From: Bacteroidales bacterium
GTDB taxonomy: Bacteria; Bacteroidota; Bacteroidia; Bacteroidales; UBA12077
Assembly (NCBI GenBank): GCA_027859205.1
Contig: JAQIBH010000018.1
Location: forward strand, 404-64,403
Length of the DNA stretch: 64,000 bases
Direction of reading: 5' to 3'
Shown here in pieces: positions 48,981 through 57,504 of this stretch. Both the position numbers and the translations under genes were made by a program. Below the pieces are notes generated by a model. That model made no database searches. It had not been told where the DNA came from and saw only the letters and a program-made list of their open reading frames with translations. Numbering within the stretch: the first letter of the stretch is position 1; each line of letters starts with the position of its first letter.

Positions 48981-51344
48981 ATGATTGAAAATCAAAACCT
49001 TTTCGTTGAGGAAGAATCAATTGATCTAAAAGCTTATTTATATAAGCTTTTAAGGTTTTGGTATGTATTTCCTTTCACAGTTCTTTTAAGCCTTTTTGCA
49101 TCTTATTTATATATAAAAACAACTGCTCCGGTATATCGAATCAGTTCTACTTTATTAATAAAGGAAGAAAATTCATTAATGGATCCTGATGCAATTTTGC
49201 AAAACGCAATGACGCCGTTTAGCTCAATGACTGAATATAAGATCAAAAATGAAATAGAAATATTAAATTCATATCAATTATCAAAAAAGACATTAAAAGA
49301 ACTGGATTTTTCGGTTTCATATTATGAAAAGGACAAATACAGACTTTCAGAATTATACATGTACTCCCCTTTTATTGTAAAGTTTGATTCAAGCCATGTA
49401 CAACCGGTTGGTTTAAATATTTATGTAGAAAAAATTAATGATGAGCATTGTCATATTTGGGCAGAAAGTGAAGAAGTTGGATTATATTTATATGATGTTG
49501 ATGAAATACAGCAAATCTTATTAAATTTTGAGATAGATGATACAATTCGCCTAAATGAAGATTTACAATCCGATTATTATAAGTTCAGAATAGCAGAATT
49601 AACGGAATTTGAGCTTGGGAAGATTTATTTGTTTCAATTTAGATCATTAGAATCTTTGACAGAAGAGTTTCGGTCTGTAGAAATTGAGGATATCAAATAT
49701 TCGACCGTTGTAAAAATAAAGCATGAAGCTACAAATATTTCAAAATCTGTTGATTACCTTAATAAGTTAATCGATGTTTATCTGAATCGTGGAGTAGAAA
49801 AAAAGAATAGAGTAGCTTTAAATACAATTGATTTTATTAATAGTCAAATTTATGATATAGCGGATTCTCTAAAAAGTGCCGAAAGGCGTTTGGAAGAGTA
49901 CCAATCATCACAAAAAATGATGAATATTGACTTTCAGTCACAACAAGCTTATCAAAATCTTGAAAATATTCAGACCCAAAAAGCTGAGTTACTATTAAAG
50001 CAAAAGTATTACACTTATTTGCAAGCTTACCTCGAAAAGAATAAAGAAATTCAAGAGCTGATAGCCCCTTCATCAATGGGAATTGACGATCAGCTTCTTA
50101 ACGGCCTGATCTTGGAACTTACAAATCTTTACTCCGAGAAAGTTGAAATAATGGTAAATTCTAAAAAAGATAATCCATATCTGGAGAGTATAAAGATTAA
50201 AATAGAAGGTCAAAAAAACACTCTGCGCGAAAATGTATTAAATTCAATTGACAGGGCAGAAATATCTTTAAATGATATTAATGAAAGAATCGAGAAACTT
50301 ACGCTTGAAGTACAATCTCTTCCGGAAACACAAAGAAAACTCTTTAATTACGAACGAGAATTTCAGCTACAAGATGCCTTATATACTTTTTTATTACGTA
50401 AAAAGTCCGAAATGCAAATTGCAAAGGCATCGAACCTTCCAGAGAATGAGGTTATTGATTATCCTAAGTTAGAGCAAAGAACTCCAGTATCACCTAATAA
50501 AAAAGTTGTATTTCTAATAGGTTTAATTCTTGGTTTTGGGTTTCCCGTAGTAATTATATTATTATATGATTATTTTAACGATAGAATTGTAGATTTATCC
50601 GATATTGAGAAAATTGTGGATGCACCTATTATTGGAAATATAATTCATAACAAAGAAAATACTACTTTCGTAGTTCACGAATCTCCGAATTCTATAATTT
50701 CCGAATCATTTAGGTCATTACGAACGAATTTTCAATATGTATTGGGAGAAATTAAGAGCCCCATTATAATGATTACATCAACTATGATGGAAGAAGGAAA
50801 AAGCTTTATATCTATTAATCTTGCAACAAGTTTTGCTTTATACAATAAAAAAGTATTACTATTAAGCTTCGACCTTAGAAGACCAACTGTTTCAAAATTG
50901 TTTGATTTAAATAAAAAGGAAGGTTTAAGTAATTATTTAAGTGGGAGCTGTGAAATAAAGGATATTTTAAACGAAACAGCGATCCCTAATTTGAGCCTTA
51001 TAGCTGCAGGTTCCATACCACCTAATCCATCTGAATTAATAGCTTCTGCACGCACGAAAGAACTGTTTGTCGAGCTTCGTAAAAAATTTGATTATATTAT
51101 TGTTGACACACCTCCAGTTGGAATAGTTTCAGACGCCTTGTTACTCGAAAAACATGTAGACAAAAACGTTTTTATTGTTAGGCATAATTATTCAAGAAAA
51201 AAGATGATGACACATTTATTTTCAAATCTTGAAAAAAAGAACATCCAAAATATAAATCTTATACTTAATGACATAAATTTAAAAGGAGTAGGCTATAATT
51301 ATAATTATGGATATGGTTACGGTTATGGATACGATTATAAATAA
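48981..51344 (+). CDS. wzc: polysaccharide co-polymerase / tyrosine autokinase (Wzc/GumC family)
   Basis: Wzz-type N-terminal TM and periplasmic coiled-coil, a second TM, a P-loop region (ITSTMMEEGKSFISINLA), Walker B IIVDTPPVG, and a Tyr-rich tail GYNYNYGYGYGYGYDYK. Confidence 0.85.
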   Translation: MIENQNLFVEEESIDLKAYLYKLLRFWYVFPFTVLLSLFASYLYIKTTAPVYRISSTLLIKEENSLMDPDAILQNAMTPFSSMTEYKIKNEIEILNSYQLSKKTLKELDFSVSYYEKDKYRLSELYMYSPFIVKFDSSHVQPVGLNIYVEKINDEHCHIWAESEEVGLYLYDVDEIQQILLNFEIDDTIRLNEDLQSDYYKFRIAELTEFELGKIYLFQFRSLESLTEEFRSVEIEDIKYSTVVKIKHEATNISKSVDYLNKLIDVYLNRGVEKKNRVALNTIDFINSQIYDIADSLKSAERRLEEYQSSQKMMNIDFQSQQAYQNLENIQTQKAELLLKQKYYTYLQAYLEKNKEIQELIAPSSMGIDDQLLNGLILELTNLYSEKVEIMVNSKKDNPYLESIKIKIEGQKNTLRENVLNSIDRAEISLNDINERIEKLTLEVQSLPETQRKLFNYEREFQLQDALYTFLLRKKSEMQIAKASNLPENEVIDYPKLEQRTPVSPNKKVVFLIGLILGFGFPVVIILLYDYFNDRIVDLSDIEKIVDAPIIGNIIHNKENTTFVVHESPNSIISESFRSLRTNFQYVLGEIKSPIIMITSTMMEEGKSFISINLATSFALYNKKVLLLSFDLRRPTVSKLFDLNKKEGLSNYLSGSCEIKDILNETAIPNLSLIAAGSIPPNPSELIASARTKELFVELRKKFDYIIVDTPPVGIVSDALLLEKHVDKNVFIVRHNYSRKKMMTHLFSNLEKKNIQNINLILNDINLKGVGYNYNYGYGYGYGYDYK

Positions 51345-51744
51345 TCTTAATTTTATCATTTTTCATTAGTGAAAAAGAAAATATTACTGCTTATATGTTA
51401 ATTAATTTATTAGCACTGCAAAAAAATCGCAGAAAATAATTCTGAATTTTCAGAATAAATATTCTGTACCGACAAAAATGTCCTTCTTTATATAGCATTT
51501 TACTAAATTTTATTAACAATAATAGATGGTACATTTTTTTCATTAACTTATACCCTTTGTTTAAGAGGCGTTAATCAGTGATTTAATATAAAAAGTGTGC
51601 TATTATTGTTAATATTAAGATTGCAAAAACGTTGAGATAATTTATTATTTTCAATATATTTGAAATCCTAATAAACTTTTGTTTTATTGTTTTGATAATT
51701 ACTTAATATAATTAATATAAACCCAAACCTTTAAAAACAAATCT

Positions 51745-54399
51745 ATGATGAAAATCTTTAAAATTAAATTTTTAATGTTGGCATTGATGCTTGTATCTTT
51801 CGCAGCATTTAGTCAAACGAATGTAAAAGGAGTCCTTGTTGATGCACAAAGCGGCGAAGTACTTATTGGAGCTTCTATCGTTGTTGATGGAACAACTATT
51901 GGTACAGCAACTGCTTTAGATGGAAGCTTTAATATAACAGTACCATCAGGCAGTCAAAAAATGTTATTTTCTTATGTTGGTTATATCGAAATTCTACAAG
52001 ATATAGCTGTATCAGGAGATGAAATTGATTTAGGAAAGATTATGCTGGAATCAGATGCAGTAAACATAAACGAAGTAAAAGTTGTGGCTTCTATTGCTAT
52101 TGCTAGGGAAACCCCGGTAGCAATTTCTACTATTTCACCCCAACACATTGCCGAGAAATTGGGAACAAAGGAATATCCCGAGATTTTAAAGTCAACACCT
52201 GGTGTTTACGCTACAAAACAAGGTGGCGCTTTTGGAGATTCAAGAATTAATATTCGTGGTTTTGACCAAAGAAATACTGCTACAATGATTAATGGTGTTC
52301 CAGTAAACGATATGGAAAACGGATGGGTATATTGGTCAAATTGGGCAGGATTAGCTGATGTTACTAGATCTTTACAGGTTCAAAGAGGTCTTGGAGCTTC
52401 TAAGGTTGCAGTACCTTCATTAGGAGGAACAATTAATATTTTAACAAAAACAACTGATGCTAAACAAGGAGGTAATGTATTTACATACGTAGGTCAAGAC
52501 GGTTATAATAAATATGGATTCACATTATCAACAGGATTGTCTGATAATGGTTGGGCAGCTACAATTTCTTTAGCTAAATCTGAGGGTGATGGATATGTTG
52601 ATGGTACTCAATTTGAATCTAGTTCTTATTTTGCAAATATTTCAAAGAGATTAAATGATGAGCATACTTTAGCATTTTCTATTTTTGGTGCTCCTCAATG
52701 GCATGGACAAAGAGACCGTGGATCTAAACAATCTATTGAAACTTGGCAAGAGAAAGGTATTAAGTGGAATCCAGATTGGGGTTATAAAAACGGAGAAGTT
52801 TTTTATGCGGAAAAGAATAAATATCATAAACCACAAGCAATCTTAAACCACTTCTGGTCTATGGATGAAAACACTAGTTTAATTACAGCAGTTTATGCTT
52901 CAGTTGGAACTGGTTACGGAACAGGTGGCTATGGGGATGATGGCAAATTCTATACTTATATGAGAGAAGATCAAATTGACTTTGATCGTATTGTTGACGA
53001 AAATATTGCTGCTGGAAGTGCAGGATCTGAAACTCTTTTAAGAAGTTCTAATAATAATCACCAATGGTATGGACTTTTAACTTCGTATAATAAAGATTTA
53101 GGAAATATGGATATCATGATTGGTATTGATGGTAGATATTATATTGGTGAGCACTACAGACAAGTAGAAGATCTTTTAGGTGGAGAATTTTTTCTTGAAG
53201 ATGGTGTTGATGTTAATAATTATAATAAAATTGTACACGTAGGAGATAAAATTGCGTATGCAAATGATGGTTATGTTGCTTGGCTAGGTTTATTTGCACA
53301 AGCAGAATATAGTTTAGATAAATTAAACGCCTTTGTTTCTTTATCATTATCGGATAAATCGTATAAAAGAATAGATTATTTTAATTATTTTACTGATGAT
53401 TTGATTAAAGATATAGAAGCTAGCCCTGCATTAGAACAACAGTATAGAGATGATCTTGGTAATCGTTATTTTTTAGAGGCAATGAAAGGTCAAGAAACAG
53501 ATTGGGCAAACTTCCTTGGTTACATGGTTAAAGGTGGCGCAAATTATAATTTAACTGATAAGCATAACGTATTTTTTAATGGTGGATATTTTCAGCGTCA
53601 ACCTGACTTTGATGCTGTTTACTTGAATTATATAAATGATCTTAATGAAAATGCTGAAAATGAGAAAGTAATTAGTTTTGAATTAGGATATGGTTTCCGT
53701 TCGGGTATAATTTCTGCTAATTTAAACGCTTATTATACTAAATGGATGGATAAAACATTTAGCCCATCGTATGCAGTAACAGATGCTACAACTGGAGCAA
53801 GAGAATATTTCACTGCAAATATATTAGGTATTGATGCTGGTCACATGGGTGTTGAATTAGATTTTATTGCTAAACCTACAACTAAACTAACACTAAGTGG
53901 TTTCGCCTCAATAGGTGACTGGCAATGGTTGTCTGATGTCGAAGATGTTGGTATTTATGATGATAATCAGGTATTATTAGACACAAAAAGTCTTTACTTA
54001 AAAGATGTGCATGTTGGAGATGCTGCTCAAACATCATTTGGTCTAGGATTAGATTATGAACTGCTTAAAGGATTAAAGTTTGGAGCTGACTATAATTTTT
54101 ATGATAACATTTATGCGGCTTTTGACGTAGAAGATAGAGATACTGAGTTAGCAGAAAATCCAGATTCGTGGAAATTACCATATTATAGTGTGGTTGACTT
54201 GAACTTAAGATATAATTTCAAAGTATCGGATTTAAATGCAACGTTATTTTGTAATGTTGATAATTTATTTGATACTGAGTATATTTCTGAAGCTGAAGGT
54301 GGTTTTAATGTATCGGATCCAATGGAGAGTTGGAAAAAAACCAGAGTGTTCTACGGTTGGGGACGTTCTTGGTCTGTTGGTTTAAAAATCAGATTTTAA
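51745..54399 (+). CDS. TonB-dependent receptor with N-terminal carboxypeptidase-regulatory-like domain
   Basis: Signal peptide, a CarbopepD_reg-like block (VKGVLVDAQSGEVLIGASIVVDGTTIGTATALDGSFNI), plug motifs (RINIRGFDQRNTATMINGVPVND), and barrel terminus GLKIRF. Confidence 0.9.
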   Translation: MMKIFKIKFLMLALMLVSFAAFSQTNVKGVLVDAQSGEVLIGASIVVDGTTIGTATALDGSFNITVPSGSQKMLFSYVGYIEILQDIAVSGDEIDLGKIMLESDAVNINEVKVVASIAIARETPVAISTISPQHIAEKLGTKEYPEILKSTPGVYATKQGGAFGDSRINIRGFDQRNTATMINGVPVNDMENGWVYWSNWAGLADVTRSLQVQRGLGASKVAVPSLGGTINILTKTTDAKQGGNVFTYVGQDGYNKYGFTLSTGLSDNGWAATISLAKSEGDGYVDGTQFESSSYFANISKRLNDEHTLAFSIFGAPQWHGQRDRGSKQSIETWQEKGIKWNPDWGYKNGEVFYAEKNKYHKPQAILNHFWSMDENTSLITAVYASVGTGYGTGGYGDDGKFYTYMREDQIDFDRIVDENIAAGSAGSETLLRSSNNNHQWYGLLTSYNKDLGNMDIMIGIDGRYYIGEHYRQVEDLLGGEFFLEDGVDVNNYNKIVHVGDKIAYANDGYVAWLGLFAQAEYSLDKLNAFVSLSLSDKSYKRIDYFNYFTDDLIKDIEASPALEQQYRDDLGNRYFLEAMKGQETDWANFLGYMVKGGANYNLTDKHNVFFNGGYFQRQPDFDAVYLNYINDLNENAENEKVISFELGYGFRSGIISANLNAYYTKWMDKTFSPSYAVTDATTGAREYFTANILGIDAGHMGVELDFIAKPTTKLTLSGFASIGDWQWLSDVEDVGIYDDNQVLLDTKSLYLKDVHVGDAAQTSFGLGLDYELLKGLKFGADYNFYDNIYAAFDVEDRDTELAENPDSWKLPYYSVVDLNLRYNFKVSDLNATLFCNVDNLFDTEYISEAEGGFNVSDPMESWKKTRVFYGWGRSWSVGLKIRF

Positions 54400-54420
54400 T
54401 AATTCCAAAAAGATTAAATT

Positions 54421-55689
54421 ATGAAAAAAATAAAAATATTTAATATAATCCTTGCTTTAATCTTTATGATTTCTGCATGTGATAGCACTTATGATGATAT
54501 CTATGATCAAATAGATAGCGATAAGACTGCTGATGACGCTTCTTATCTTTTTAACAGTGATAAAACAGAATCTCCAGAAATGTATACAATGCTTGCTGAA
54601 GATTATGAAATGCTAAAAGGAATCTTAGAAGACATGGGAGATGAATATGAGGATGCTGCAAGTAGCATAGGCTATGGAAGCTTTTCTGAGGATGCTGAAC
54701 CTAAAGATCTTCTTCCTTTTTTCCTTGATGAGAAATTCTTTTCCTATGCAAACGGAACTGAAATGGAAGTAACATACCAATATTATCGAGATGATAATGT
54801 TTATGTTGATGAGTTTGATGATGAAAATTATGAAGAATATGAACTGGATGATGATGACTACATTGCAATAGGTACAGAAGCTTTAGTTGAGGCAATGGAT
54901 GAGGATGACTCTACAGCTGCTCAAAGTATTATTGATAATAAGTATTTTAAATCTGGCTCGCAATATGATTTCTTACCTGGTTTTATAGAAGATAAATATG
55001 CAGGAGCGGGAGAGTACGACTATAAAAAAATAGATTATAAGTATAACTCAGGAGGTACTACCTGGGATAGAGATTATATTTGCTATTATGAATCAAATGA
55101 ATGGAATAATTTAGGTGATGCACATGATCTTGCTCCTGAGGATTATGATGCAATGGGAGATGGTTATGGAGAACCAGGGCAACACGATAGTTTTACTAGT
55201 TCCACAACTGCAAAAAAATATATTGCAGCTTTCTTAAAAGAAATATATATTGATGTAGATGAGGGTGATATGAAGCAAGTTATTTATAATTATTTCAGTT
55301 ACGATGACTATTCTACAACAAAAAGAATGGAAGAATTTGTATTCGATGGAACTGATTGGGCTGAGTATATGACAACAGTTGGTCAAGCAAGCCTGTTTAA
55401 GTTCACGGACGAAGGCTGGTTATTTGTTCCACCATTAAAATTTATTGAAACAACAGCTGCGCATACAAGAGAATATGAGTTAGTTGATGCCGATTATGAA
55501 CTGGTTGGAGATGGGAAATATCATAATTTTACACTTCCAGATGTAGATTTAATTGAAAAATTGTCAACAATTTTAAAAGCTAACTTAAATGATTTAGCTG
55601 TTGGTGATATCTTCAAAGTAACATACGTAGGATATGATGGAGGTACGAGCACATATACAATAAACTTAGAAGTACAATTAGACGAATAA
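54421..55689 (+). CDS. highly acidic surface lipoprotein, unknown family
   Basis: Lipobox LIFMISACDS. Very D/E/Y-rich. Starts 21 nt after the TonB-dependent receptor gene. No SusD-like features recognised. Confidence 0.7.
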   Translation: MKKIKIFNIILALIFMISACDSTYDDIYDQIDSDKTADDASYLFNSDKTESPEMYTMLAEDYEMLKGILEDMGDEYEDAASSIGYGSFSEDAEPKDLLPFFLDEKFFSYANGTEMEVTYQYYRDDNVYVDEFDDENYEEYELDDDDYIAIGTEALVEAMDEDDSTAAQSIIDNKYFKSGSQYDFLPGFIEDKYAGAGEYDYKKIDYKYNSGGTTWDRDYICYYESNEWNNLGDAHDLAPEDYDAMGDGYGEPGQHDSFTSSTTAKKYIAAFLKEIYIDVDEGDMKQVIYNYFSYDDYSTTKRMEEFVFDGTDWAEYMTTVGQASLFKFTDEGWLFVPPLKFIETTAAHTREYELVDADYELVGDGKYHNFTLPDVDLIEKLSTILKANLNDLAVGDIFKVTYVGYDGGTSTYTINLEVQLDE

Positions 55690-55710
55690 TATTGCTTAAT
55701 TAAGCATTAA

Positions 55711-55738
55711 AAGGGAATCATATTTGATTCCCTTTTTT
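55711..55738 (+). terminator. rho-independent terminator after the receptor-lipoprotein pair
   Basis: Perfect 10-bp stem AAGGGAATCA (55711-55720) / TGATTCCCTT (55725-55734), loop TATT, followed by TTTT. Confidence 0.7.
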
Positions 55739-55755
55739 AGTAAAATACGGAGTTT

Positions 55756-56982
55756 ATGAAGAGAGCAATTGTTTATATTAGTGTTATTTTTATTAGTTTA
55801 TCTTTTTCTTTTAGTGCACTAAAATCAGATATTGAAAGTCAGAATTACAAGCCATATGTTGTAATTCTTTCTATGGATGGATTTCGTTGGGATTATCCAG
55901 AAAAAGCAAAAACACCAAATTTAGATTATATTGAACAGATTGGTGTTAGAGCTGAGGCAAGTATTCCTTGCTTTCCAACAAAAACTTTCCCAAACCATTA
56001 TTCAATGGCGACAGGATTGTATCCTGATAATCATGGAATTGTACAAAATAGCTTTTATGCTCCAGATATTAAAAAAAGTTACTCTATTTCGAATAGAGAG
56101 GCAGTAAGAAATCCTGATTTTTATTTTGGTGAACCTATTTGGGTTACTGCGGAAAAGCAAGGTGTTAAAAGTGCATCCTATTTTTGGGTAGGTTCTGAAG
56201 CCCCACACGATAGTATTTTCCCTACTTATCATTATGATTATGATGGTTCAGTCCCTTTCGAAGAAAGGATAGAAGGAGTTATCAATTGGCTTAATTTACC
56301 TGACAGTATTAGACCTCATTTAATTATGTGGTATTTACAAGAGCCTGATGGTATTGGACATGATCTAGGGCCTAATCATCCCGAAATGATTAATATGGTT
56401 GAGTATTTAGATAGTTTGGTTGGGGTGTTTTATTATAAAATAAATGAATTAGCAATTGCAGAAAACATTAATATTATTATTACTTCGGATCATGGCATGG
56501 GAGAAATTAGTGAATATCGCGTTGTATATTTAGATAGTTTAGTTCCCAAACATTGGTGTAAACATATAGATGGAGCAAATCCCGTTTACTCAATTGAAGC
56601 TAAGGAAGAATACTACGATACAATTTTTAATATATTATCGAATACCGAGCATCTTACATTTTGGGAAAAGGATAATGTTCCGGAAAGATTACATTATGGG
56701 AAAAGTAATCGAGTAAAAGATTTCGTACTTGTAGCGGACAGCAGTTGGAGTTTATTAAAATCTTCAACTAAAAGAGCTTATTCCGGAGGAACACACGGCT
56801 ATGATAATAAAAACAAAGATATGCATGCTATTTTTTATGCATCTGGGCCTGCATTTAAAAAGGCTTATAAAAGCAAAGCAATAAATAATATTGATATTTA
56901 TCCTCTCATTTGTCGAATTCTAAATCTTAAACCGATTATTGTAGACGGAAAAATTGAAAGCACAGAAGATATGTTAAAATGA
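55756..56982 (+). CDS. ectonucleotide pyrophosphatase/phosphodiesterase (NPP, alkaline-phosphatase superfamily)
   Basis: VVILSMDGFRWDY, nucleophile region FPTKTFPNHYSMATGLYPDNHGI, YLQEPDGIGH, and TSDHGM. Confidence 0.85.
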   Translation: MKRAIVYISVIFISLSFSFSALKSDIESQNYKPYVVILSMDGFRWDYPEKAKTPNLDYIEQIGVRAEASIPCFPTKTFPNHYSMATGLYPDNHGIVQNSFYAPDIKKSYSISNREAVRNPDFYFGEPIWVTAEKQGVKSASYFWVGSEAPHDSIFPTYHYDYDGSVPFEERIEGVINWLNLPDSIRPHLIMWYLQEPDGIGHDLGPNHPEMINMVEYLDSLVGVFYYKINELAIAENINIIITSDHGMGEISEYRVVYLDSLVPKHWCKHIDGANPVYSIEAKEEYYDTIFNILSNTEHLTFWEKDNVPERLHYGKSNRVKDFVLVADSSWSLLKSSTKRAYSGGTHGYDNKNKDMHAIFYASGPAFKKAYKSKAINNIDIYPLICRILNLKPIIVDGKIESTEDMLK

Positions 56983-57044
56983 CCTAAAATAATATATTTA
57001 ATATTCTCCCTTTTCTTTATTTTGATCCTAAATCTAAAAGTAAA

Positions 57045-57074
57045 ATTCCTTTTTCTTCAAGATGAAAAAGGAAT
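57045..57074 (+). terminator. hairpin downstream of the NPP gene
   Basis: Perfect 11-bp stem ATTCCTTTTTC (57045-57055) / GAAAAAGGAAT (57064-57074) with an 8-nt loop. The downstream tail is only weakly T-rich. Confidence 0.5.
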
Positions 57075-57310
57075 CAATTTATTAAATCATAAAAGAAAAG
57101 ATGATTTTTTTAAAATTGAAAAATATTGCAAAATCTCCAAAATCTTGATTAAAAGCGTATAATAATTACTGATAAAAGTGATTAATATCTAGTTAATAAA
57201 AAAAAGCAGGTCTTAATCTCTTGCTCAAACAGTCTTTTCCCATGTTATTAACAATCGATGTGAAAACTTTAAATGAACATTATTTTCATTTGATTATTTT
57301 TTTGTTATGA

Positions 57311-57353
57311 CGCCAAAAACCTTTAACTGTAATGGTTACAGAGGTTTGCGGCG
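57311..57353 (+). other. extended imperfect hairpin in the long nrdJ upstream region
   Basis: CGCC-AA-AAACCT-TTAA-CTGTAA-TGG-TTACAG-AGGTTT-GC-GGCG. There are 16 paired positions in three helical segments and no T-tract follows. It lies ~150 nt upstream of the nrdJ ATG. Confidence 0.3.
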
Positions 57354-57504
57354 ATTAGTTAATAACTATTACAAAATGTTAATAATACAAATTAAAACCC
57401 CTTGTGAGGATATGGAACTATGATTAACTTAGCATTACTTTTTTTAAAATAGAGTTACAAACCACAATAAGATAAAAATAAACACATTATAATTTGGTTA
57501 AGAA

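Noticed and set aside
57075-57504. Cobalamin riboswitch or NrdR boxes upstream of nrdJ.
   Set aside because: I found no B12-box-like GCCACTG or AGYCMGG core. The best NrdR-like palindrome, ACACATTATAATTTGG (57482-57497), matches only about 12 of 16 consensus positions and lacks the usual second box ~31 nt away.
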